Assembly (NCBI GenBank): GCA_964457375.1
Contig: CAYWFK010000003.1
Location: forward strand, 4,652-68,651
Reading direction: 5' to 3'
Source of the DNA: an uncultured Anaerolineales bacterium
GTDB taxonomy: Bacteria; Chloroflexota; Anaerolineae; Anaerolineales; UBA11858
Length of the DNA: 64,000 nucleotides
Shown: piece after piece, positions 26,730 to 36,200 of the stretch
Layout of the letters: the number at the start of each line of letters is the position of its first letter
Position numbering within the stretch: position 1 is the stretch's first letter
The notes under the pieces: generated by a model
The model's database searches: none
What the model saw: only the letters and a program-made list of their open reading frames with translations
Told to the model about the DNA's origin: nothing
Program-made: the position numbers and the translations under genes

Positions 26730-29147
26730 GTGAAACTGATTATGCAAAAAATTAAGACGCACCGCCTGCTTTTGCCGGCGGTTGTGTTTCTCGGGTTGTT
26801 TTCGGTTGTGCTGACGTTTTCCCCGTCTCTTTTGGCGCGTAATGGCAGTTCCACCTTGCGCTGGGCGCATTGGATTGGTTTTGCGGTTTGGGTTGTTGGC
26901 GCTGGGTTGAGTGCGCGTGCACTTGACAAATCACTGCCGGGCAGTGACCGGTATTTGTTTGCTGTTACTGCCTTTCTTGCCGGATGGGGATTGCTGACCA
27001 TTTGGCGGCTGACACCCGTTTTCGGGGTGCGGCAGACGGTTTGGCTGGCAGTGGGGATGACCGTGCTGATTTACGGGGTGCGCTACCCGGGGCTTCTTGT
27101 TTTTCTGAAACGCTATAAGTATGTGTGGCTTACAGCCGGGTTGCTTTTGACTTTCGCTACTCTGATTTTGGGAACCAACCCGATGGGAAGCGGACCGAGG
27201 CTGTGGCTGGGTTGTTGCGGGGTTTATTTTCAACCTTCCGAACTTTTGAAACTGCTCCTGATTGTTTATCTTGCCGGGTATTTGAGCGATCATCAGGGTT
27301 TGATCGATAGAATCTCGCAGGATGTGAAGCGAACCCGCCGGATGGGTGAACGGCTGCGGTTGATTCTTCCCATCCTGATGCCAATTTCCCTGATGACGGG
27401 GATTGCTTTGCTGCTGCTCCTCTTTCAGCGGGACCTGGGGACAGCGCTGGTTTTCATCTTTATTTATACAGTGATGATTTATCTGGCGACTGGGTGGAAG
27501 TGGGTGCCGTTGGTGAGTTTTGGGGGGATGATGGCTGCCGGTGGCGTGGGGTATTTGTTCGTGGATGTCGTCCATGCCCGCATTCAGACCTGGCTCAATC
27601 CATGGCTTGACCCCAGCGGACAGTCTTACCAGATTGTGCAATCGTTGATTTCGATTGCCAACGGGGGCGTTTTCGGGCGCGGTCCGGGAATTGGCAGCCC
27701 GACGCTGGTCCCTATTGCTCATTCTGATTTTCTGTTCACTGCACTTGCCGAAGAAACCGGTTTGTTCGGGACGATTGGTTTGTTCATCCTGCTGGGTATT
27801 TTCCTCCAGCGGGGAATCCGCATCGCCCTGAATGCCCCCAATACGTTTCAGCGTTATCTGGCTGCCGGCTTGACGGTGCATATTGTTGCACAAAGCCTGT
27901 TGATCATTGGGGGAAATATGAGGCTGCTGCCGCTGACCGGTGTAACCCTGCCGTTTCTGTCTTATGGCGGGTCTTCCCTGCTGGTATCGTTTTTGTCGCT
28001 GTTGATTTTGTGCCTGATTGCCGGTGAATCTTCCGGGGCGGGGTTTCGTCATCCGGAAAAACAGCCTTATGTCATGGTGGCTTCGTTTTTGCTGATTTGT
28101 TTGAGCGCAACTGCGCTTGCGAACGGTTGGTGGGCGGTGGCACGAGGCCCGGCGCTCCTGAAGCGCACGGATAACCCCCGAAGGGCGATTTCCGACCGTT
28201 TTGTGCGCAGAGGCGCGCTTCTGGATCGGCATGACAAGCCGATCGTGGAAACGATTGGCGAACCGGGGGCGTACCGGCGCTTTTCGGATTATCCGGGCGG
28301 CGCTGTAATCGGATACAATCATCCGGTATACGGACAATCCGGATTGGAAGCGAGCCTGGATTCCTATTTGCGCGGGCTGGAAGGCGGGGATCCCTGGACG
28401 CTTTGGTGGCATCATCTGCTTTATGGGCAACCTCCCCCCGGGGTGGATGTGCGTTTGACTCTCGATGTCGGCATACAACAAGATATCGACAAAATCTTTG
28501 GCAGGCACAAAGGCGGGCTGGTGTTAATCAACGCGGAAAGCGGGGAGATTTACGCCATGGTTTCCCGCCCGGGGTATGATGCCAATCGCCTGGACGAAGA
28601 TTACGAAACATTGATTAGTAATCCCGATTCGCCTTTTGTAAACCGGATTACCCAGGGACGTTATGCTTATCAATCGCTGAAAGAACTTCTGACATTGCAA
28701 CAGGATAGTCATGGCAGGTTGCTGGGTGTTCCTGATTTCCGGATTCATAATATTCCGGTTGCCTCGCTGGTCGATGGCGTCAGCCCTCTGCAAGTGGTGC
28801 TTTCTGCGGCGATGTTGAGCAATGGCGGCGTGCTGCCCTCATTGCGGATTGCTTTGGCAATCAAAGAGCAGGAAGGCGAGTGGATTTCCCTGCCGGCGCT
28901 GAGTGTGCCGAGAGAAACATTGCTTGCGGAAAATGCGATTTTGATGAGCACGAAAATCGTGCGCACAAAGGAACACTGGTACCTTTTGGATCAGCCTGAA
29001 GATGGCAAGATTACCTGGTTTGCAGGCGGTACGCTGCCGGAGAATAAAAATATCCCGTTTGCTGTGGTTGTTGTGCTCGAAGAGGATGACCCCGATTTGG
29101 CAAAGGAAATTGGAGAGTTCGCTTTGAAAGCTGTTGTTTATCCGTAA
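26730..29147 (+). CDS. FtsW/RodA/SpoVE (SEDS) family protein fused to a class-B PBP-like domain (dimerisation plus degenerate transpeptidase)
   Basis: Residues 1-435 are SEDS (FQPSELLKL, PIAHSDFLF, SYGGSS). An extra TM helix lies at about 446-470. PBP2-like motifs follow: RGALLDRHDKPIV, GQSGLEASLD, LINAESGEIYAMVSRPGYDAN, SPLQVVLSAAMLSNGG and WFAGG. Confidence 0.85.
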   Translation: MKLIMQKIKTHRLLLPAVVFLGLFSVVLTFSPSLLARNGSSTLRWAHWIGFAVWVVGAGLSARALDKSLPGSDRYLFAVTAFLAGWGLLTIWRLTPVFGVRQTVWLAVGMTVLIYGVRYPGLLVFLKRYKYVWLTAGLLLTFATLILGTNPMGSGPRLWLGCCGVYFQPSELLKLLLIVYLAGYLSDHQGLIDRISQDVKRTRRMGERLRLILPILMPISLMTGIALLLLLFQRDLGTALVFIFIYTVMIYLATGWKWVPLVSFGGMMAAGGVGYLFVDVVHARIQTWLNPWLDPSGQSYQIVQSLISIANGGVFGRGPGIGSPTLVPIAHSDFLFTALAEETGLFGTIGLFILLGIFLQRGIRIALNAPNTFQRYLAAGLTVHIVAQSLLIIGGNMRLLPLTGVTLPFLSYGGSSLLVSFLSLLILCLIAGESSGAGFRHPEKQPYVMVASFLLICLSATALANGWWAVARGPALLKRTDNPRRAISDRFVRRGALLDRHDKPIVETIGEPGAYRRFSDYPGGAVIGYNHPVYGQSGLEASLDSYLRGLEGGDPWTLWWHHLLYGQPPPGVDVRLTLDVGIQQDIDKIFGRHKGGLVLINAESGEIYAMVSRPGYDANRLDEDYETLISNPDSPFVNRITQGRYAYQSLKELLTLQQDSHGRLLGVPDFRIHNIPVASLVDGVSPLQVVLSAAMLSNGGVLPSLRIALAIKEQEGEWISLPALSVPRETLLAENAILMSTKIVRTKEHWYLLDQPEDGKITWFAGGTLPENKNIPFAVVVVLEEDDPDLAKEIGEFALKAVVYP

Positions 29148-29195
29148 AAAAACAACGGGGTGTGAAAGTGCCCGGACGCTCCATCAGACTGAATC

Positions 29196-29230
29196 AAAAA
29201 CAACCGCTCTTTTCGGGCGGTTGTTTTTTT
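29196..29230. terminator. bidirectional intrinsic terminator between convergent genes
   Basis: A5, then stem ACAACCGC (29200-29207), a 9-nt loop, GCGGTTGT (29217-29224), then T6. Confidence 0.7.
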
Positions 29231-29266
29231 GCATGTCTGTTTCGATGGCGGGTATCAGCCTTCGGG

Positions 29267-30484
29267 TCAGCCGATGATTTTCAGAAACCGGCGTTTGCCG
29301 ACACGCAGAACACCGGGGCCGGGGAATGGCGCGTAGGGGTCTGTGATTTTTTGCCCGTCAAGGCTGACCGCATTTTGTTTGAGCATGCGTTTCGCTTCAC
29401 TGTTGCTGCTCACAAGTTTGCCGGCGACCAGCACATCGAGAATCGTTTGCCCGGGCTGCAGATTGTATTCCGGCATCTCTGTGGGAATGTTGCGTTGCTG
29501 GAATACACGAATGAAATTTTCCTCGGCTTTGTTTGCCGCTTCCGGGCTGTGATAAATCGAGACGATTTCATGGGCGAGTTTCATCTTTGCATCACGCGGA
29601 TGCAGTTTTCCATCGGCGATATCCTTCTCGATTTGGGCGATTTGCGGCGGTGTCCAGCGGCTCACCAGCCTGAAATAATCACCCATCGCTTTGTCGGGAA
29701 TGCTCATCACTTTCCCGTACATATCTTCCGGGGTAGAGAGCAAGGGGATATGGTTGCCGAGAGATTTGCTCATTTTGACATCCCCGTCGGTGCCCGGCAG
29801 AATACCCATGATGATGCCGATATTCGGTTTTTCTCCCATGAATTGCATCAGTTTTCGGGCTGCCATGACGATGTTGAAAAGTTGGTCGGTGCCGCCAACC
29901 TGCACATCGGCACGCAGGGCGTAAGCGTCATAGCCTTGCATGATTGCATAAAAAGTTTCGTGGAGGTAAATCGGGTCCCCGTTGTCCCAGCGTTTTCGGA
30001 AGTTATCCCGTGTGAGGAATTGCTGAATGGTGAAGTTCGAGGCGAGTTTGATTAACTGCTCGAAGGTTAATTTGCCGAGCCATTCGGCGTTGAACTTGAT
30101 CAGCGTTTTTTCAGGATCGAGAATTTTGTAAGCTTGTTCGGCGTAAGTGCGTGCATTTTGTTCGACCTGTTCGGGGGTTAGCTGGGGGCGAAGTTTGTCT
30201 TTGTCTGACGGATCGCCAATGAGTGATGTATAGTTCCCGACAAGAAACACGACTTCGTGGCCGAGTTCCTGAAATTGGCGCAATTTTCTCATCGGTACCG
30301 TGTGACCGAGGTGCAAATCCGATGTGCGCGGATCGAATCCGCAGTAAACCCGCAAGGGGCGCCCTTCTTTTTGGGCTTCGGTAAGCCGTTCCCGCAGCTC
30401 CTTGGCCATGGCTTGTTTCAACTGTTCATCCCCGTATTCTGTGCCTTGCATCAACAAGGCAACTTGTTCATCTATGTTCATCAT
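29267..30484 (-). CDS. tyrS: tyrosine--tRNA ligase
   Basis: HIGH-type motif DLHLGHTVP, KMSKS (VKMSKSLGN) and a C-terminal S4-like domain. Start ATG 30484 has AGGAGG 8 nt upstream. Confidence 0.93.
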   Translation of the reverse strand: MMNIDEQVALLMQGTEYGDEQLKQAMAKELRERLTEAQKEGRPLRVYCGFDPRTSDLHLGHTVPMRKLRQFQELGHEVVFLVGNYTSLIGDPSDKDKLRPQLTPEQVEQNARTYAEQAYKILDPEKTLIKFNAEWLGKLTFEQLIKLASNFTIQQFLTRDNFRKRWDNGDPIYLHETFYAIMQGYDAYALRADVQVGGTDQLFNIVMAARKLMQFMGEKPNIGIIMGILPGTDGDVKMSKSLGNHIPLLSTPEDMYGKVMSIPDKAMGDYFRLVSRWTPPQIAQIEKDIADGKLHPRDAKMKLAHEIVSIYHSPEAANKAEENFIRVFQQRNIPTEMPEYNLQPGQTILDVLVAGKLVSSNSEAKRMLKQNAVSLDGQKITDPYAPFPGPGVLRVGKRRFLKIIG

Positions 30485-30538
30485 AAGTCCAGCCTCCTGA
30501 AATGTTTGCATTGTACTACGCCCAAAGCGCTTTGTTCG

Positions 30539-30568
30539 AAAAAAAACGCCCTCGTTAAATTGAGAGCG
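30539..30568 (-). terminator. intrinsic terminator after the PH-like membrane protein gene
   Basis: On the minus strand: CGCUCUC, 8-nt loop, GAGGGCG (7 bp including one G-U pair), then U8. It lies 30 nt after the stop codon. Confidence 0.65.
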
Positions 30569-30598
30569 TAAGCAGGAACGGGGAAGGATCCACCGTCC

Positions 30599-31102
30599 CT
30601 ACGGACGGGTATAATAAACGTTTTTTTCTGATACCGACGTGTTTCGCAGCCCGCTCTTTTCAAGCAAGGTTTGCAAAATCACATCGCCGTCTTTGAAGCC
30701 TAATTGCCCTTTCAAGTCACCGTTGAGTATGACTTTGCCCAGAGTGCGGAACTCGAAATGGGCTGATTTCCCAAGTACTTGCACGCGGTTGCCCCAATGT
30801 GATTCCAGTACGTGAATTTTGTCGATTTCCTGCCACTTGAACGCAGCGTGGCGGATACCGTTGGAGAAACTGACGCCGTTGGCATCGATGACAATCGAGG
30901 TGTGCCTGTCCATCCAGTTGCCAAGGCTGATGCTGCCCGCAGCGAGGAAAAGGAGCAGCACGAAGATGGCAGCCGGGATGTGCAGGATGCCAAAGTGAAG
31001 CCGCAGCAAGAGCAGGCTGACAAACGAAATGGCAAAGAGTGCCCATGTCAGTTTTTCGCTTTTGCGTGAAAGCAGCTCGGGAAAATAGGTTTTGCTTTCC
31101 AT
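30599..31102 (-). CDS. membrane protein with a PH-like (bPH) C-terminal domain (hypothetical)
   Basis: 167 aa. Two TM helices, then IVIDANGVSFSNGIRHAAFKWQEIDKIHVLE... The beta-rich module resembles bacterial PH domains. This assignment is tentative. Confidence 0.5.
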   Translation of the reverse strand: MESKTYFPELLSRKSEKLTWALFAISFVSLLLLRLHFGILHIPAAIFVLLLFLAAGSISLGNWMDRHTSIVIDANGVSFSNGIRHAAFKWQEIDKIHVLESHWGNRVQVLGKSAHFEFRTLGKVILNGDLKGQLGFKDGDVILQTLLEKSGLRNTSVSEKNVYYTRP

Positions 31103-31161
31103 AAATATATTATACCGAAGAAGTATTGTGCCTGCGGATGGTTTTTTGGAAGGGATTCCGG

Positions 31162-32334
31162 TTAACGCAGGCTTGTGTTTTCGCCGTGCAAATAAATACG
31201 CGGCACGCGCGTGTTGATATTGGTGAGTACTTCATACGGGATGGTTCCCGCCCAGGATGCCAAATCTTCTACGGTGATCGTTTCTCCGTTCATTTCGCCA
31301 ACCAGAATGACTTCGTCGTCATTATAGGCGCTGTCCCATTCGATGTTGACTACGATTTGATCCATGGAAATCATCCCGGCAACGGGGTATTTCTTGCCGC
31401 GGATTATTACCTTTGCCTGATGCGACATGCTGCGGAAATAACCGTCGCCATAGCCGACCGGTATCGTCACTGCTCTGACCAAATGGTCGCTTTTCCAGGT
31501 AGAGCCGTACCCGACCGGGTGACCGGGTTTGATGACCTTGAAGTAAACCACCCTCGATTTCCAGCTTAGGGCGGGCTTGACGGGCACGGTTTTCTTTGCT
31601 TCCGGGCTGGGGTAAACGCCGTAAAGCAGAATGCCCGGACGAACCATATCGAAACGGGCTTCCGGGATTTGCAGAATTGCACCGGAATTCGCCATGTGCC
31701 GGTATACAGGCGGTGCGATACTGTGTTTTTCATAAAAAGAAAGGATTTCAAGAAAGCGTTCCAGCTGAAGTCGGGCATGCTGCAAATCTGTGCGGTCGGC
31801 GTTGGCAAAGTGCGAAAAAATTCCCTCGACTTCGAGATGTTTGCATTGCAAAGAGGTCTCGATGAGTTTTTCTGCGTTGTAATAATGGACGCCGATGCGT
31901 TCCATGCCGGTGTCGATTTTCAGGTGAACCTTGGCTCGCTTTCCCAGCTGTTCGGCCACTTCATCAACCTGCCATAGTTTGTCGATAGACGACGCAGTGA
32001 TGGTCAGATTGTTTTCGATGAAGTGCGGAACCTGGTTTCCCAGGATGCCGCCGAGGATGAGAATTGGCGAGGTAATTCCCTGCTCGCGCAGCAGCAAGCC
32101 TTCTTCGAGCACAGCGACGCCGAGGTAATCTGCCCCCAGTTTTTGCATGAGTTTGGCGATTTCCACTAACCCGTGGCCGTAAGCATTGGCTTTCAGGATG
32201 GGCATCATTTTTGCCGGGGCAACATGCTGCCGGATGGTGCGGAAATTATCCGCCAGTTTGTCCAGATCGACTTCGACCAGGGTAGGGCGGATGACGTTTT
32301 CTGTGGTAATTGTGGGCTGATTGATTGTTGTCAT
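31162..32334 (-). CDS. alr: alanine racemase
   Basis: 390 aa. PLP-Lys motif MPILKANAYGHG, plus a C-terminal beta-domain with the conserved YGD/GY region (VGYGDGY). Confidence 0.92.
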   Translation of the reverse strand: MTTINQPTITTENVIRPTLVEVDLDKLADNFRTIRQHVAPAKMMPILKANAYGHGLVEIAKLMQKLGADYLGVAVLEEGLLLREQGITSPILILGGILGNQVPHFIENNLTITASSIDKLWQVDEVAEQLGKRAKVHLKIDTGMERIGVHYYNAEKLIETSLQCKHLEVEGIFSHFANADRTDLQHARLQLERFLEILSFYEKHSIAPPVYRHMANSGAILQIPEARFDMVRPGILLYGVYPSPEAKKTVPVKPALSWKSRVVYFKVIKPGHPVGYGSTWKSDHLVRAVTIPVGYGDGYFRSMSHQAKVIIRGKKYPVAGMISMDQIVVNIEWDSAYNDDEVILVGEMNGETITVEDLASWAGTIPYEVLTNINTRVPRIYLHGENTSLR

Positions 32335-32502
32335 CAGTTTGTCTGCAAGGGTTGAAAAATACGGTTTCCTTTTTTGCGATTATACCCTTAAGCCGGAGGC
32401 AAACAATGAAGAAATCTTTTCGCCGGGCAGAATATATTAATCCGCATTTAATCACGGGTGGATACAATCGATTGCAGGGAACACAAGAAAGGAGGCGTTT
32501 CG

Positions 32503-32964
32503 ATGAAACGAGTGTTGATGATATCCGGTTTGTTTTTGCTTGGTTTGGCTTTTGTCTTTCTGGTAGCAGGATGCAAGGGAACCCAAACTGAAAACACGCC
32601 AACCCCTGAGCAGGGGGAGAAGCGTTTGAACAAACGCAGTGACCGCATTGCCATCGATGTTTCCCCGCAAGCCGCGTTCGATGGCTATTTTGCTGTCGAG
32701 AAAGGGGCTGTGGTTCACATCATTGCCAGGGGATTCCCGCCGAGAATTTATTTGCATGCACTTCTTCAAAGCGGGACAGCCGGGAAAACGCGCGCTGCTG
32801 CAACCAGTCAGCTGGATGAAGACGGGAAAGGTTCGCTGGTCTTTTTCTTTCCGGGCAAATGGGATGATGGTGCAGCTATCGAAAACGGGGAAGTGGAGCT
32901 GGTGATGAGTTGGGATGATCATCACGACCGGATTATCATCCCGTTGAAAGTTATTTCGGATTGA
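32503..32964 (+). CDS. small lipoprotein (hypothetical)
   Basis: Start moved to ATG 32503 with AAGGAGG upstream, giving MKRVLMISGLFLLGLAFVFLVAGC with an LVAGC lipobox. Confidence 0.65.
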   Translation: MKRVLMISGLFLLGLAFVFLVAGCKGTQTENTPTPEQGEKRLNKRSDRIAIDVSPQAAFDGYFAVEKGAVVHIIARGFPPRIYLHALLQSGTAGKTRAAATSQLDEDGKGSLVFFFPGKWDDGAAIENGEVELVMSWDDHHDRIIIPLKVISD

Positions 32965-32999
32965 GCGATACGACCTGATTTCAGCCATTCCGGTTACGA

Positions 33000-33024
33000 C
33001 CCCGTGGAAAACACGGGGTTTTTT
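33000..33024 (+). terminator. intrinsic terminator
   Basis: CCCCGTG, GAAAA loop, CACGGGG, then T6. It lies 36 nt after the lipoprotein stop. Confidence 0.75.
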
Positions 33025-33271
33025 GTTGTAATCAATCTGTTGCCGATGGAAATACCGTTTGTGAAAAACAATCGAAAAATCATGGCAAAGGGTGGAAAAG
33101 CCCAAAAACACTTTACATTTTGGTAAGGAAACCCCGTTTTTGGGTCTTCTTATCATAAATGTTAAGTGATTGTTACCAAATATTATATAGAATGTGTTGG
33201 CAGTTGGTTAATTTTTTTAAAAATATCGCCAAAAGCAATTAAAAACCTATTCAAATTTATGGGAGGTTGTA

Positions 33272-36200
33272 ATGTTTACGAACGGTATGAATCGGAAACT
33301 TAAAGGTTTTCGGCTGCGCGCAGCAGTATCGAAGCTGATGTATGCGGTGATGATACTCGGCTTGGTGCTGTCTGTTGTGCGGCCAACAACTGTCTTGGGC
33401 GGAACAGCATCCGGGCTGGACGACCTGGCTTACACCGAAGGTGACGGCTGGGTTTACCTTGATTCCAGCGTAACTGTTTCTTCCACGACCAATGACTGGT
33501 CGGATGGATATATCGATATCGAGATAACCGGGAATGGTTCTCCGGCAGACCAGCTGCGGATTCAAAGCTCCGGAAACCTGACTGTCGTTGGCGATGCAGT
33601 CTCCTGGAATGGAACGAGAATCGGTACGATCGATCCTGTGCGGAACGGTGTCAATGGGCAGCCGCTGCGGATCAACTTCAGCGCTTCGTTGAAAAACGCC
33701 GGTTTCGAGACAGGTGATTTTACAGATTGGGTTGTCAATACGAATTTCCCCGGTTTGGCTGGTGATACTCCCAACGGCATATATCAGGATGCAAGTGTTG
33801 TGACCAGCCCGGTGTCGTCGGGGAATTATGCAGCGAAATTGCATCTTACAGGAAATGTTTCTGTGGCGTATGGTACTGCACATGGGCCAACGCTCACAAG
33901 CAGTTCGTTTTATGCGAAAGCCGGAAACAACCTCTCGCTAACCTGGCGGGCTGAAGATAGCGGAGACGATTATGACGTGTATGGTTACATCAACAATGTT
34001 GCCACAGGGACGCAACAGCAATTGTTCTATGACCGCGGTGATAATACGGGCGGTTGGGTAAACCTGAATTCGACAATCGATTCGACCGTTTGCCCCAGCG
34101 GCGTTTGTGAACTGCAATTTCAATTTATTGCCGGCACCTATGATGCATCCGGTGGGAAGTATGTTGGAACGACCATGTATATCGACGGTATTCAAATCGT
34201 GACAACTGCCGCCCAGGATGACGCAGTGGATTACATTGTCGAACATATCGAATATGAGAATACTTCCGATAATCCGAAATCAACGAAACCTTATAAGCTG
34301 ACAATGAAAGATTCCGGAAGTACGGGCACTGCAACTGCAACGATCAATATTACCGGTGTCAATGATGCGCCTACGGATATTCAATTATCGAATGACAATA
34401 TTCAGGAGAATCAACCTGTCAATACAGTGATAGGTGCTTTGACGACCTCTGATCCGGATGACACGACATTTACTTATACGCTGGTCGCCGGTACAGGGGA
34501 CGATGACAATGCATCTTTCAATATTTCCGGAAACAATTTGCGTTCCAGTGAAATATTCGATTATGAAACCAAGAATACTTATACGGTGAGAATCCGTTCG
34601 ACGGATTCCCATGCGGCTTCTACTGAAAAATCCTTCACGATTCATGTTACCAACCAGAATGAAGCGGCAACAGCGTTTACCAATGGGGCACCCCCGGACG
34701 GGGATTTGGGTGTTGCCTATAACTTCACCTTTGCGGCAAACGGAGACCCGACGCCGACTTATTCAGTTTCCAGCGGGTCTTTGCCCCCGGGACTGACTTT
34801 GAATGCGACAACCGGTGTCGTTTCCGGTACCCCGACTGCGGCCGGAACATACAACTTCGAAATCACGGCAACCAACGTGGCCGGTTCTTATTCGAAGGAT
34901 TATTCGATTAAGATCAACAAGGGAAATGCCACTACGACGATCGTTACCGATTTGCCTGACCCGAGCAAGTACGGGCAGAATTATGCAGTTGCTGTTTCTG
35001 TGACATCGGCTGTTTCTATCGTGCCGACAGGTACAGTGACTGTAACCGACGGCACGCATACTTGTCAGGTAACGCTATCCGGTGGCGTTGGTTCCTGTAA
35101 TTTGCCTTCGACCTCGATCGGTGCGGTAACGATTACTGCGACTTATCCGGGAAATGCAAATTACAACGGCTCCAGCGACACGGAAGCGCATACCATCGAA
35201 AAGGCAAACACGACTACGACGATCACCAGTGATGCGCCTGACCCCAGTAAATACGGGCAAAACTATTCGGTTTCTGTCAGTGTATCTTCGGATACTACCG
35301 CAGTGCCGACCGGTACGGTGAATGTTTCGGACGGAACGAATTCCTGCACGGCGACTCTCTCCGGCGGAAGCGGCTCTTGTGATTTGCCTTCGACTTCCGT
35401 AGGTGCGGCGACGATTACAGCGACTTATGCTGCGAATACGAATTTCAATGCATCCAGCGGTACAGAGGGGCACACCGTCGAGAAAGCGAACACGACGGTA
35501 ACAATCACAGGTGATGCGCCTGATGCAAGTGTCTATGGCCAAAACTATACCGTTGCCGTGAGTGTAACTGCGGATACTACCGCAGTGCCGACGGGCACGG
35601 TGAATGTTTCGGACGGAACGAATTCCTGCACGGCGACTCTCTCCAGCGGAAGCGGCTCTTGTGTTTTGCCTTCGACTTCAGCCGGTGGAATTACAGTTAC
35701 GGCTACTTATCCGGCGAATGCGAATTTCAATGCATCCAGCGGCACAGAAGGACACACCGTCGAGAAAGCGAATACTACGACTGCGGTCAATCGCTCGGTG
35801 GTTTCGCCTGTTTACGGACAGCCGGTTTCCTTTACTGCTACGGTGAGCACTGTTTCTCCGGGTTCTTATACACCGGAGGGTATGGTGCAGTTTTATATCG
35901 ACGGGTCAGCATTCGGAAGCCCGGTTGCTTTATCCGGCGGCACGGCAACGAGCCAGTCGACAACTGCGCTGGATGTCGGAAGCCATACGTATTATGCAGA
36001 ATATCTGGGTGACAGTAATAACAATCCCAGCGATTCGATGCCCGCCACGTCTTTCGGTGTCAGCAAGAATTCGACAACCACAAGCGTGGTTTCGTCAAAG
36101 ACCCCCAGCGTGTACGGGGAAGCAATCCACTTGACAGCAACAGTCACCGAGGTTGCTCCATCGGTTGTAACCCCGGTCGGTCAGGTACAGTTTTATGTCG

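Noticed and set aside
26931-28508. 525-aa ORF on the minus strand (also 26069-27001, 310 aa) opposite the SEDS-PBP gene
   Set aside because: It is antisense to a gene with clear family motifs. Its translation is Arg/Pro/Gln-rich and low-complexity with no recognisable motifs or RBS, which is typical of shadow ORFs in moderate/high-GC DNA.
29162-30055. 297-aa plus-strand ORF opposite tyrS
   Set aside because: It is antisense to tyrS, which carries the HIGH and KMSKS motifs. It also crosses the bidirectional terminator at 29196-29230.
30485-30598. Looked for a T-box leader upstream of tyrS
   Set aside because: There are only 114 nt between the upstream stop and the tyrS start. That space is occupied by a terminator and a short promoter-like stretch, and no GGUGGUACCGCG-like core is present.
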